The position numbers were made by a program, and so were the translations under genes. Below, piece after piece: positions 23,901-38,631 of a stretch of 64,000 bases of DNA (position 1 is the first letter of the stretch; each line of letters opens with the position of its first letter). Source of the stretch: Octopus bimaculoides (lineage: Eukaryota); the NCBI RefSeq assembly GCF_001194135.2, contig NC_068987.1, positions 4,853,564 through 4,917,563 on the forward strand, written 5' to 3'. Below the pieces are notes generated by a model that saw only the letters and a list, made by a program, of their open reading frames with translations, was not told where the DNA came from and ran no database searches.

Positions 23901-26900
23901 AGATGTTGTTTGCAAATAATCTGGTGACAACTGAATGTTTAGATCAAGTTAACATACCTCATTGGCTCCTTGTTCTGTCAACAACTGACCAGCATAAATA
24001 CAAATAAAGCCACCAGTTGGAATATCGTCTAAGCAGCGCAGACCCCAGCCTCTGGAAACAAATAGTAAGAGTAATAATAATGGTTTCAAATTTTGTCACA
24101 AAGGCACCAGTTTTGGGGGAAGGGAAGGGCTGATTACCTCGACCCCATTGTTCAACTGGTACTTATTTTATCAACCCCTAAAGGATGAAAGGCAAAACTG
24201 ACCTTGGCGGAATATGAACTCAGAACGTAGTAATGGGCAAAATATTGCTACGCATTTTGCCCAGCAAGCTGCCCAATAATAATAATAATAAATATTCCAC
24301 AACAAAGGTAAGTAGTGTTGTCATATTCTAAATTTAAGACTCTTAAAAATACACATCAACTCCTTCACTGCCATCACCATGAAAACAGAAACAAAGCAGT
24401 GACAACAATCCGATCTGCTAGACATAACATCCAAATCTCCTTTGACTCATACCTTATCCTATTAAAAGAGGAAAGACAAGTTTGTCATTTAATGTCCACT
24501 TCTCATACTTGCATGGGTCAGGTGAAGTTGATTGAGGCATATTTTCTATGGCCAGATGCCATTCCTGTCACCAACTCTCACCTGTTTCTTAGCAACATAT
24601 CTCCCACAACCAGACAGAAATGAACAGCTCAGTTGCTTACAACAATCATGTGACGTCAAGACAGTGGTACACACACGAATGGCTTCTCTCAGTCTCCATG
24701 TACCAAATCCACTGGGAAATAGTAAAAGACACTTGCGCAAGGTACCATACAGTGGGACTGAACCCAAGACCGCATGGTTGGGAAGCAAGCTTCTGAACCA
24801 CACAGCCACTTTTGATAATGTAAAATGCCTTTGATAATAAGGTTGCTCAATGCTGGCTGGCCTGGGGCTAAACATTATCAACAATAACATGACACTAATA
24901 ACAAATTTTCGTGTCACATGGTTGGGAAACAAACTTCTTAACCACACAGCCCTGTCTGAGCCTATGTTCACCTTTCCATGCCGGACGAGTCATCGCATTT
25001 CAAATCAGTTCTTATTTGGAGTTATTGCCAACACTACACCCACCTCCAAATTGGTCAAGATGACCCATCAATCACCAACGCTCACCTGTTTCCAACTCTG
25101 GTAACATTTTCCCATGACCAGACATATTTTCACAGAATAATAGAATTGAATGACACTCATTCACAACAACCACACCAGGTCAAGACGAGTACACACAAAT
25201 GCACATACGATGGGCTTTTTTCAGTTTAATGTCCGCCTTCTATGCTAGCATGGGTGGGACAATTTGACAGGAGCTGACCAGGCATAGGCTTGCACTAGAC
25301 TTCTGTGATGTTTTGGCAGGATTTTTTACAGCTGGATGCCCTTCCTAACACCAACCAAATCCACTCACAAGATTTTGGTCGCCTTGGGCCTAGAGTTCAT
25401 GACACTCACCCAAGGATTCCAAATACCCAACTGTGGTTGGGAGGTTAATTTTTGACCCAGTCAACTGTGGATTTCAAATGCCTGGAGAGTAGAGAGATAT
25501 TAAATAAACACAATATGTGATTGGTTTCATGCATGTGCACACATCATTGTTTAACATCCGCTTTCCATGCTAGCATGGGTTGGACGATTTGACTGAGGAC
25601 TGGTGAACCAGATGGCTACACCAGGCTCCAATCTGATTTGGCAGAGTTTCTACAACTGGATGCCCTTCCTAACGCCAACCACTCCGAGAGTGTAGTGGGT
25701 GCTTTTACATGCCACTGGCACGAAAGCCAGTCAGGAGGTACTGGCAACGGCCATGTTCGAAATGGTGTATTTTACATGCCACCTGCACAAGGGCCAGTCC
25801 AGCGGTACTGGCAACGACACACACAATATGATATAATTAATTACAAAGGAGAAAACTATTCTTGGCCAAATTACATAGCATTACTAGTTCAAAGATCTGC
25901 AATTCAACAAAATATTCTTCTTACCGTTTTTCTGTTTTGAATACTTGCAGTCGCAACTGCAGGCCATTCTGTGCAACTTTGTTGAAACACCTGTAGTCAC
26001 ATTTACATCGGCTGCTGCACTCATAAATGCTGAAACAACCAACAAAAGACAAATAGAAAAGACTCCATTTACAAACAACTTCTTTTGCATATTTCTCTTA
26101 AATTTACATCACATTTTGTAACATAATGATCCCATCGAGAGGAAGGCCTTGAAACAGCACACATTCTCTCCTGGTGACCCCATAAACTTGCTAGCATCCG
26201 GTATGCGGAGCTTTCAACTGGTAGCACTAGCATCTGCAAGTTGTTTGTAAAAAATTCAAAACAATTTATATGAGAGAGAGAGAAAGATAATATATGTGCC
26301 TTACCCTGTTAAAATTGGTTCATTCAAACGTCGATACTTATAGCCGACAGACTCATCTGCATGGCCACCAGGACTGGCTGTAGTGGCTTCAATTGTCATC
26401 TGAATACATGCACATTTAGTTCTGTCCTGAAGGGAGAGAGAAACAAAAGACAATGACCGAAGGATTGAAAAGATAAACAATCTGAGACATTGGAGTGAAG
26501 ATTTGTTTGTCAACATAACATGGCAGTCCTGGTTTAGGACAAATGTTGCTGTAATATGACACGATCTATGTCCTTATATTTTCAAACAAGGGAATCTAGC
26601 ACCCCCACTCAGCTCAAAACAATATCTATGTATCGCGATTTCCAGGTTATTTCCCTCTATCAGAACAGAATAATTGTTCGACCAGAGGTGGCGCTGCCAA
26701 ATTCCCGTTCGAAATATATAGTTCTTTTCTCATTCAGAGATTTAAAAATAGTAATTTTCTAATTTATAAATCAGTGACTAGTTGTCACTTTGAAAACTAT
26801 ATATTTCGAGCAGGAATTTGGCAGCGCCACCTCTGGTCGAACAATTATTCTGTTCTGATAGAGGGAAATAACCTGGAAATCGCGATACATAGATATTGTT

Positions 26901-29900
26901 TTGAGCTGAGTGGGGGTGCTAGATTCCCTTGTTCGAAAATATAAGGACACAGATTGTGTCGTATAGCCAGCTGGAGACGATGTCTCCTGGGGCTAAATTA
27001 CAGCAACATTCGTCCTAAACCAGGACTGCCATGTTATGTTGGCAAACAATCTTTACTCCAAAGTACAGTTGCTGAATATCTCTCGTTGTGAGATTTAAAA
27101 ATAGTAATTTTCTAATCTGAGACATTGTTATAAAATGGAATTCAGAAATACAAATGAAACCATTGGACATAAAATAGATGTTCGCTTTGTGGATATTTTG
27201 CAGGAATTAAATACTCATTCATTAGTCCAAAGGCCAGCTTATAGTTCTTACAGTCACTTAAGTGTGTTAGGTCCTACATTGTAAAAAAACGGTTGAGAAG
27301 CACTCTAACGTGCACCCTTACATATTACTGGTACAACGTGTATAAATAATATTATAAGGTGATACATTACCCGACAGCCATCGGTACAATCACAGCTAAT
27401 CAAAAATTCCTCGTCTAAATTGAGATGTACTCCTTTGGCAGGATACCGCTTAGTGGAATATTCTACATAGGCAGGATACTGCCGATCGATACCATTCACA
27501 CAAGACACTGGAACATTTTCTTTACCATATGAAATATCTTTGATATCACAGAAAGTCTGCAATGAAACAAAAACAATAAATAATTCTCTTGTATGGAATA
27601 TTGTAATAATCCTTGGAGGAAATCATAGGAACTTCAGTGGAATTTGGCATTTTCTACTGATCCTATTGGCACCATTTACTTGGCGTTGCAGCTTTGATGC
27701 CAATTCATTTGACATCAAACATTTTGTTTTTTTTCTTCCTCTCTTTGAAAATCGATTACGGTTGTCCATCATTTTTTCAGTCTGCAGAGAAATGGCTTAA
27801 ATTTGCCCTGTTTATGATTATACCATATTTGTTTTCTACCTCTCTCTGTTTGTGTGTGTATGTTTCTCTGTATATGCGTGAAGAGAGGGAAGGTGGTGAT
27901 GCCAATTGTGTTCAATTAATAAACAGAGATAACCCGAAATCTATTATCAATATATTGATACAGGGAGAAAAAGAAAGAAAATATTTAAAAATAAAAGATC
28001 AAAGATTCTTTGCCAACATAACATGGCAGTCCTGGTTTAGGACGAATGTTGCTGTAATTTAACCCCAGGAGACATAGTCTCCAGCCAGCTGTATGACATG
28101 ATCTGTGTCCTTATATTTTCAAACAATTATTCTGTGCTGATGAAGGGAAATAACCCGGAAATGGCGATACACAGATATTGTTTTGAGCTGTGTGGGGGTG
28201 CTAGGTGCCCTTGTTCGAAAATATAAGGACACAGATCATGTCATATAGCCAGCTGGAGACGATGTCTCTTGGGGCTAAATTACAGCAACATTCATCCTAA
28301 ACCAGGACTGCCATGTTATGTTGGCAAACAATCTTTACTCCAAAGTACTGTTGCTGAATATCTCTTCTTGTGAGATTTACAAATAGTAATTTTATAAAAG
28401 ATCAATTTATCAAGACCCCCCCCCCCCNNNNNNNNNNNNNNNNNCATCTCACCAAGGAAACACATGTGTGTGTGTGTGTGTGTGTGTATTTACATTTGAG
28501 GTTCAAATCCTGCCCAGGCCCACTTGCTTTACCTCTTTCTGAGGTCGAGAAAATTAGTAACAGTCAATAAAATAAGTACTAGGGGTTGACAAGTTCAACT
28601 AAAGCCTCCACATGGCCACGTTGCAACAGAACAAAAACAGCAAAATAATTGGTGAAATGGTTTTGAAATAAAAGAGGAAAAAAATGGAGAGTAAAAAAAA
28701 AACCTACCTTGATAGGTACAAATTCAGTATGGGTGTGGAGGTTGGGATCAAAAGTGAATAAATCAATAGACAAATTACAATTAGTTGCTAATAAATATTT
28801 GTCGACTTCATCCAAATTACGCATCCGTCGTGCACAGGGACCCCTGTAGATCACTATTCTTTTGGCACTGGGTCGTACTTTGGTCACTTGCCTGGTAATG
28901 GAATCAAGGATTATATTTGACTGGAAATAGGGATAATTTGGTAGGAAAGAGATTGAATCTGAAAGCTCTATAAAATATTTTATCATTCAAAGTTTTTAGG
29001 CTTGATATTTATTAATTCCTATTCAATTTAATTCTATTCCTATTATTAATCAACAGGAAGATTATAGTGATATAATTGTGCCAAGATAGTATTACTGGTG
29101 TAAGCCTTATCAAATTTCCCAGTCAGATGAAAGCTAACTGTCGCCTGATCTGAACAGAGCTATGCAAAGCACTCCTCAACCAGAAAAGTCATTGCGTTAA
29201 ACAGATGCCAGCAAATGAGAAGAATAATATTCAATATCAATTTAACAGTTTCACACAAGATTAATTTGTACACAGAGTGGTTGCTGACCTGGTTATTACA
29301 GATCAATTCATAATAAGCATAACAAGGTTCACGGTTGAGCATACCTTGCTGTTATCCCAGATCAGTGATGAATGGATCCATGATAAACAAGGGTACATGT
29401 ACCTCACTGATCCAAGTTCAAATATCAGCTTTTAACTTCCATCATCTCCACAGATTGATAAAGAACAATACAGAGCAATCCATTCAATCCACTACAACCA
29501 CCTCAACTTTTCACAACATTATCAAAAGCAATCAGTTTCACAGAAATACCGTTTAAGGAGACATGCTTTTACTCATTACCAACATTTTTACCAATAACTG
29601 CTTTCAGTTTTCAGTCTGTGTATAGAAATGCGTCAATTTGTATATGTGCTACAGACAGATTAGTGTGGAGGTCTTTGACCTCACAAGCAACAGCTGCCTT
29701 CGAAGCGGACTGGCGATGGAGTCTCGATGCTGCAAGAGGAAGACATCACAGAGCAGCATCTGCCTTTGAACTGGACTGATGATGGAATCTCGATGCTGTA
29801 AGAGGAATTTATCACAGAGCAGCATCTGCCTCAATCCAGTCAACAGACTATTACTGTGACATCTGTGGGCGCCTGTGTGCCTCCAGCTTTCGACTCCAAA

Positions 29901-32900
29901 GTCACATATGCTCTCATTGCTGAGAACACAGACTTTGTCGTCACTGGACACCTATGGACTACCTACCATGTGCATGGGTCAGTGTTGTAGCTCGTCCAGG
30001 ACCATGAAATACTACTCTCAATGTTCATCTCATTCAACACCGCAATCCTCTCAGTCACACACTCTCCTGCTAACAACATTTAAACACAACAATCTAGAGA
30101 TTTATAAGGCCAATATCTATATATGTATATATATACTGACACAGATGTGACTGTGTAGTAAGAAGTTTGCTTCCCAACCACATGGTTCTGGGTTCAGTCT
30201 CGCTGCGTGGCGCCTCGGACAAATGTCTTTTACTATAACCTTGGGCCAACCAAAGCTTTGTCTGTGGATTTGGTAGACAGAAACTGAAAGAAGCCTGTTG
30301 TACATCTGTGTGTGTGATGTGTTTGTACCCTACCACTGCTTGACAACTAATGTCGGTGTGTTTACATCACTGTAACCTAACAGTTCGGCAAAAGAGACCG
30401 ATAGAATAAGAACTAGGATTAAAAATGAAAAATAAATACCGGGGTTGATTCATTCAGCTAAAATTTCTTCAAAACTATGCCCCAGCATGGCCACAGTCTA
30501 ATACCAGAAACAAGCAAAAGAATAGAAGACATAACTCACCTCTCCCAACCACACAAAGTAGGAACAAGCAACATGTTACGGCCACGGAATTTGATGTGAA
30601 AATCTTTGTCATCGCAATCTTTTACACATTCAGGAGAACATTCATGTGGAACTAAAAGAACAAAAAAATGGAAAATGATTAAACTCAAAATCCAAATTTT
30701 ACAAAATACACAAAACGGAATCTATTATGAAATCATCATCATTATTATTCAGTGTGTGCTTTCCATGCTGGCATTGGTTGGACAGTTTGACTGGAACTGC
30801 TCAGCCAGAGAGCTGCACCAGGTTCCAGTCTGGTTTGGCGTGGTTTCTATAGCTGGATGCCCTCCCTAACGACAATATCTATACATATAAATTTGACATG
30901 GGCGATTCTTTCTTGTCTTGAGATTTATGGTCAAACAGCTGGGTGGAATTGCACGAAAAATTACACAGATGTGTAGAATGATCCGGTGGTGATGCTGGGC
31001 TTTGTATTTTTTTCATAGCACCCATGGTTACCAAGATAATCTACTATAATAATACTCTTGTGTTTATGAATGAGAAAGGAAGGGGTGATAGATGAATAAG
31101 GAAGAAACACTAGGCACCACCCAATCCAGGAATCGAAACCATGATGTTATGATCATGAGTGTAACACCCTAAATGCTAGGCAATGCACGTTCCTGCACTT
31201 CAAAGGCTTAGGATAAACAAAAATTAGCAAAAAAGAAAAAAAACATTACTTACTGAGTTTCTTTCTCAACATGTTCCGAGGAGAAATAATGTTATCAATG
31301 TCAATTCTCTCCCCAAGGGCATCTTCATCTGAAAAATAAATATATCAAAGAAAATGACAAGGCCACCAATCAAAATAACAAATATGTACCCTGTTCAATC
31401 CTGGGTGACCAACAGGGTCAAGATAAGAACCCTTCAACTGGGAGGATGGGGGGAGGGGTAATCCTCCCTCCTCCACTTGACAAATGGTGTTGGTTTGTTC
31501 ATTCCCATTACTAGGGGTTGGCAAAAGATGCCACATCTGAATGTGGCCGATGCCAGTACCCCCTGACTGGCTCTCATGTACGAATGTCATCGATGCCAGG
31601 ACCACCTGACTGGCTGCTTTGCTGGTGGAATGTAAAAAAGCACCCACTACACTCTTGGAGTGGTTAGCGTTAGGAAGGGCATCCAGCTGTACAAAACTCT
31701 GCCAGATCAGATTGGAACCTGGTGCAGTCACTGGCTCCCCATACCTCAATCAAATCGTTCAACCCATGTCAGCATGGAAAATGGACGTTAAACAATGATG
31801 ACGACAGCTAGGGGTCAAGCCCTTCTAGGTGAGGCATCAATATGGCCACAGTCCAATGACCAGTGCCAGTAATAAATGGCCTCCTTCACCATATGTTCTT
31901 TTACTACAGAACAAAGAAAGGACAAGAGTAAACAGCTTCATTTTACTCGATTTTGAATTAAATGAAGTGAAATGTTTTGCAGGATGACCGCAGAAATATA
32001 TGTTTTAGAACAAAGATAATCCCTTGGCACATGAATGCCATTAATACAATAATACAAGAAACAACAATAACTCACCAAGATCTCCATCTGTCTGTGCAGC
32101 CAATCTCTCTTGGAGGACACTTGCCATGTCCCTTCCTTGTTTGTGGCTACTAATACTGCTGGTCTGGTATTGTTCTGCAATAAACATAAATGTAAAAAGC
32201 TTTTTTAAATAAATAGATGCAGAAATGGCTATGCAGTTAAGCTCACAGGTTCGGTCCTACTGCATGGTACCTTTGGCAAGTGTCTTCTACTCTAACCTCT
32301 GGCCAATCAATGCCTTGTGAGTGAATTTGGTAAATGGAAACTGAAAGAAGCCTGTCACGTGTGTGTGTGTATTGCAGACCCTTGTCTAGACATAACATGA
32401 TGGTTGTAAATGAGCATCATCGGCTTACAAACTATATTGTTTGTTTCCAGTCTTCTATGCAAAACATGTCCAGCTATAAGAAGCTATAGAAAAATATTGC
32501 CTTGCTTGGAAACAGGTGAGGACTAGCAACAAGAAGGGCATCCAGCTGTAGAAAATCTGCCTCAACATATTGTCTGACCCATGCAAGCATGGAAAAGTGG
32601 ACATTAAATGATGATGATAATGTTATAAGAATATGTGAACTAAGCTGTCTAGTATTTTAGACACACAGTTACTGGTGCCTAATCACCTCAATACACAAAA
32701 CCTATCATCATCATCATCATCATCATGTGATGTCCGTTTTCCATGCTGGCATGGGTTGACCAGTTTGAGACAAACAAGCAAGATCCAAGGTTGCATTGGG
32801 CTCTAGTGTCACCTTTGGCATGGTTTCTATAACAGGATCCCCTTATTTTCATCATCATACTATATCTGTTTTTCATGCTGGCATGGGTTGGACAGTTTGA

Positions 32901-35900
32901 CAAGAGCTGGCAAGCCAGAGGGCAGCACCAGGCTCCAATGTTTGCTTTGGCAACACCAACACTTTACAGAGTGTAACTGAGTATGTTTTTATGTGGCACC
33001 AGCACTGGTTAGGGGTCACCAAGTAACTTACAAGGCAAAATCCCAATTACCCAGATTATTTATTAAAACAGAAAATTCTTTGCAAAAGTGCAAATGAAAT
33101 GGACCAAATGACGTCCCTGATATGATGTGGGCTCAGTTCTATCAAGCGCACTTTGGAACCATATATAGGAAAGTTTACCTCTTTTCTTTTCGGCTGATGC
33201 ACTGCTTGATTTTGGATTTCGTTGCATCTTCAGCCAAGGTGCTTCCCAAGAGTTTGCACCAGTTCCATTTTGACTATTGTGAGATGTTGTGCTTTTCTTA
33301 GCAACTGACCTCTTCTTCTGGTCAGGTCCATGTTGGGTTCTGGAGACTTTATCTGGCGGAAGCAAATATGACAGCTTTGGTGAAGGTAACTCAAAAGAAT
33401 TTCAAGAAAAATATGAAGAATATTACAGAAAAAATTTATTGTAGAATATTAAAGATATTGTAAGGAAAAAATTGAAAACTCAAATAAATAGCTAAATGGA
33501 TTATTTGAAAAACATCCAAGGATGGTAATCTTTATCTCCAACATAATACAGTATTCTGTGTTGTAACACAACCTCCCTGTTATGTTGGAGATGAAGATTA
33601 CTTGTTGATATTAATACTGCTTAACCCACTGGCTATTTGTGATACGAGTGCTTGAACAGACACTGATAATCTATATATTGTTAGCAGGAGATTTGTCTGT
33701 TATGATGCTGCTGGACATCTGTCACTGAAGAGCTAAAATCAGAGTGAAATCACATGATCTGGCAGTTCTGGTGGTCATAGCAGATGGTCCACATCTGTCA
33801 ACGATGTAAATAAGCATGCTTTTATACAGCACGAGTTTATAAATATTTGAAGTGAAAAATCATAGTAAAAGCAAGTCAACTTTAAAAAGAACTTACTTGT
33901 AATGTGTGTGTCTTCATCATCAATCTCTACTGTTTGGGCACGAGTATATTCTACAACTGGTTTATTGCCTCTGGAAGCAGCTACAAGGCGTTGTCGCTTG
34001 TTCTTAAAACCGGTCAACTTGTTCGTCTCAGCCCGGGCCTATGAATATAATAAAAACAACAAAAACAAGAAATTTATCCTAGTAGTCTCATTCTGGTTTC
34101 ATTCGAATAAATAAAATTAGTCCATCAAACTGTAATATGCCTATGGTTTCTTTTCTACTTCATTCATCCAACTGTAGATACTATGCCTGAAAATAGTTTT
34201 GTGCCTCGGCAGATCCTGTAAAATCACCCAACCCATGCCAGCATGGAAAGCAGACATTAAATGATGATTATCATCATCATCATTTAATGCCCATTTTCCA
34301 TGCTAGCATGGGTTGGACAGTTTGACAGGATATGGTGAACCACAGGGCTGCACTGAACTCCAATGTTAGCTTTGGCATGATTTCTACTGACGGGTACCCT
34401 TCCTAATACCAACCAATTAACAGCAGGTGCCACTGGCCCTAGTAAGGCCACTAAATTTGCACGTCAAGAAAAGAACAAGGAAAGAAGCACTTGCAACTAA
34501 GGGAGGGGGGGTATTTGAGATGAGGAGGTAGCTTTATACCAGGCATTGAGAAGCTGAAGAGGGACAAACATAGATGTCCCACTATGGAGAGCATAATATA
34601 AATGCTCTCTAGTTAAATTATTTTAACTCTTAGACCAATCGACAAAAGGTTAATGAGTAGCAGAAGACAAAGCAAGATTTGTTGAAGACAAAAAATTTTG
34701 CAAAGGTCTTTTATAGAGAAAATTTGAGTACTTTAAATCTTGTAATCCCTCGCCATAAATTTGCTCCAGCTGGCACCAATTCCTTCTGATCAAACACAAA
34801 CCAAATCAATGCAGTAAATTCTTTTCTACTCTAGGCACAAGAGTAGAAATTTTGGGGGAAGGGGCCAGTCAATTAGATCAACCCCAGTTTTGACTTATTT
34901 TCAAATGCATTACATAATTTCCTGCACTAAAAAACAACATTTAAAAGTTATTAGGCAACTAACCAAAGCTGAAAAGAGCGGTTCCAATCTTGTTGATCCT
35001 CTGTAAATCCATTCTGTTCTTTTATCAGCAGAAAAATACATTTTCACTAAACTGGCATCAACTTCGACCACTTTAGCTGTCCACCTGCAATGAAGAACAC
35101 AGATTGGGAGACCAATATAAACCACTTGTGATTAATAAATAACCAGACAAAAACCATAAATAGCCAACCAAATCAAGAAAGAGAAACCAAGAGAAAAATC
35201 TTACCATTCTCCCATCCACTCCGTTTTGACAACTTGGTTTTTCTGAAGCTGCACCATTGGTCGCTGTGAGGAATAGAACATGAAAAGACTTTAGTTTTGG
35301 CCTCCAACAACTTTACAGGAGAGAGAGAGAAAGAGAGAGACTGAGTTACTGGTTGTACTATTTTTTCCTTTCTTTTATTACTGAGGGAATTGAAATTTAG
35401 CTGATTCACATCTAAATCATTTCCCCATTGTCCTCATCATCCAGTGTCCATACTCCATGCTGCTGGGCTCGGACAGTGTGACAGGATCAGACAGGTCACA
35501 GGGCTGTGTCAAGCTCTAATGTCTGCTTTTGCAGGGTTTCTACAGCTGGAAGCCCTTCTTAATGCCAAACACTTTAAAGAGTGTCCTGGGTGCTTTTTCA
35601 TATAACCAACAGTCCTTAAGGAAAGAGCTACTACATAGAGTAGGATAATTGTGCAATGATAGCAGGGTTTATATTAATAAGTTTAACATGTCTAATGAAG
35701 ATATAAGAGTTCAAGGTGTTTTCAGGTAGAAACAAATCAACAGAAAACAGGATTAGAGAGGAAAAAAAATTAAAATTTAGAAAAAAAAAAAATCTGAAGT
35801 GGCAAGTGTAATACTTCATTAAGTGTAATTAAACACTTCATTAAAGATACTTACTTCTGGATACTGGGCCAAATATTCCTTGATAAATTCTTGAGAGTCA

Positions 35901-36493
35901 GGATGGATATCTTCCCAAACATTTTTGCCTGACATTGAGAGAGGAAAGAAGATTCTTAAATCAACAGGACTACTCAACAGAACATTGATCAACTCCAAGA
36001 GAATTACCCAGAGTGCTTATCTTTTTATGATAATCCATCACTTCTCTGATAATACATGGCAAGATTTACATTCAACAGAGTAAGCTAACAAAATATCTAA
36101 TAATTTCTTTACTGCTTTCAGTGACGAATTATATATCGGAAGATATAAAAGCCTAACAAGTGAACCATTGTAAACTGTGTGCTTTTGCTGAAGAAATTTT
36201 ATATCCTGGTGTTGGATAAGTAATTTAACGAAGCAGAAAGAAAGGGGGTATTCACACGATGCACTACGATTACTGTTACACGATGTTAAACGCTCTCTGC
36301 TAACAGCTCACAGTGAACTGCTGATAGTTATTTATTTTATAGCAATGTGTCAGTCAGTCCACTTATGGTCACTTGGGAGTGGTCAGAACCCTTCCATGAC
36401 AGAAGACAATAGTGTTATCCTTCCATTAGGTAGGTGGAATCCATAATGACATAACCATGCTGTCAATATCATCATCAACATACATGTATAGAA

Positions 36494-36528
<35 letters not shown>

Positions 36529-38595
36529 CACACACATTCAAACATACCATTGATTGGAATACAACCTTTCAAACTACCAATTTTATATAATAGATTTTAA
36601 ATTTATGTAATTATTTTAATGACTTTAATGTTATTACTGAGCAATAAATTCATGTTGCAACGGAGAAAAATAGTAAAGACTTACTCTGTTCATAGACACG
36701 GTGTATCTCTTTGGGGAGGCAATACTGGGCGTAGCCATCATCAAAAAATATCAGGAACCTGGAAAAAAAAAAACACACACAAAAAGTGGCTATCACTGTT
36801 CCTTTTCAGATCGNNNNNNNNNNGCCCACCCTAATCAAACACTGAACCATCAGTCCATTTACAGATGTAAATACTAGTTTCAGCCCCATTCCTCACCCTA
36901 CAACAATGGTATCTTGGTTACTCAACAGAAATATTTAGTCCTGACCAATCCACAATAGAGAAGCGCAACCCAAATTATATCAAACAGACATATTCTATCT
37001 GATCAAATGATACAAACTGGTCAACATGATGATATGGTAGTATTATTGTTAGATATTGCAAAATTCTACTACAAAGATTTCAAAAGAATGATTAAATATA
37101 AAGATGTTCAAATTAAATTGCTAAATGGTGACCTTAAAAACATTACAAGATAGAAATTCATTGAATATTATTTTAGAAAGATTTCTTCTTTTTGTATAGA
37201 AAGAAAGAAAAATAATTATCTCAGTCAAACTATTTGATAACTAAGTTAAATATAAACAAATATTAAGTATTTTGTAAGATTATTATGCTAACAATAAAAG
37301 CACACACTGGTTCTATTTCACTTCGTTATTTGTTAATTGGTTGACTATTTAACCAGTTAATTTGGTCACTAAATTAGGTGTGTCTAAGCCCTTTCATTAC
37401 TATCCACGACCTCTTCAATGACACGCCCTCTCCACTCAGAGATACAGACAAACCTGAAGATGACTTGGCATAGAGAGACTGTGTCATTGAAAGGAATTAG
37501 ACAAACCTAATTGATTAATTGGATGACCAAACTATTAGTCAATCAATTACTTAATTGGTTAAATAGTTAACCAATTAACAAATAACTAAAGTGAAATTAA
37601 ACCAGTGCATGTGTTTATTATTGGCATAATGACCCTCCCAACATACAACAAAATATGTTTCAACACATGGATTCACATCAAGAATCTTGGAAACCAAACA
37701 ATGAAGTAATTCTATTAATTTTACCTGTGGCGATTTCGGTTGGTTGGCACTTCTGCCACGATACCGGCATAGAAAGATGTTGAAGGGTTAGCTTCTTCAT
37801 CTCGATACATTGCTAGAACACACAAAAGAAAGAAAAAGAAAAACACCAATGGTTGGAGTAAAAGAGAAGATCTATAGAGAAAGCAGTATCAGCTTGCTTG
37901 GTCCAGTCGGTTCATTTGCTGAAAAGCTAATTGAGGACGGAGGCAAGAGTCTTGGGAAAACAGGAACTGGGACACATGCAAACACACACACACACAAATC
38001 TGGAGGATGAACTGTAGAATCATCCACTGATGTGTTTATAAAGAGACCTCTGGAATATTTTGCTTTCTTGTGGTATGCCCAGAGCAAGTTGATCTGATGG
38101 AGCACGTTTTTCAAAGTTTACTCAGCAGGATGTAGACACAAGACTGCAATCTAATAAAATGGTGCTGCTTATGGCACTTGTATGTAGGTGCATGGCTTAG
38201 TGGTTAGGGTGCTGGACTCATTATTATTTGGTTGATGTTTCAATTCCTGGACCAGGCAATGCATTGTGTCCTTGAGCAAAACACTTCACTTCTCATTGCT
38301 CCAGTCCACTCAGCTGGCAAAAAAGAGTAATTCTGCAACAGACTGGCATGCAGTCCAGGGAGGAATCATCATCATCATCATCATCGTTTAACGTCCGCCT
38401 TCCATGCTAGCATGGGTTGGACAATTTGACTGAGGACTGCCAAGCCAGAAGGCTGCACCAGGCTCCAATCTGATCTGGCAGAGTTTCTACAGCTGGATGC
38501 CCTTCCTAATGCCAACCACTCTGAGAGTGTAGTGGGTGCTTTTACATGCCACCGGCACGAGGGCCAGTCACACGGTACTGGCAATGGCCACGCTA

Positions 38596-38631
<36 letters not shown>

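Noticed and set aside
34550-34585. CTGAAGA-GGGAC..GTCCC hairpin
   Set aside because: No GAAA after the stem; not a hammerhead.
37450-37500. CTGAAGA-TGAC..GTCA-TT-GAAA hammerhead-like motif (and 42893-42935)
   Set aside because: Extra TT before GAAA, GAAG in the sister copy, and no convincing helix I or III.
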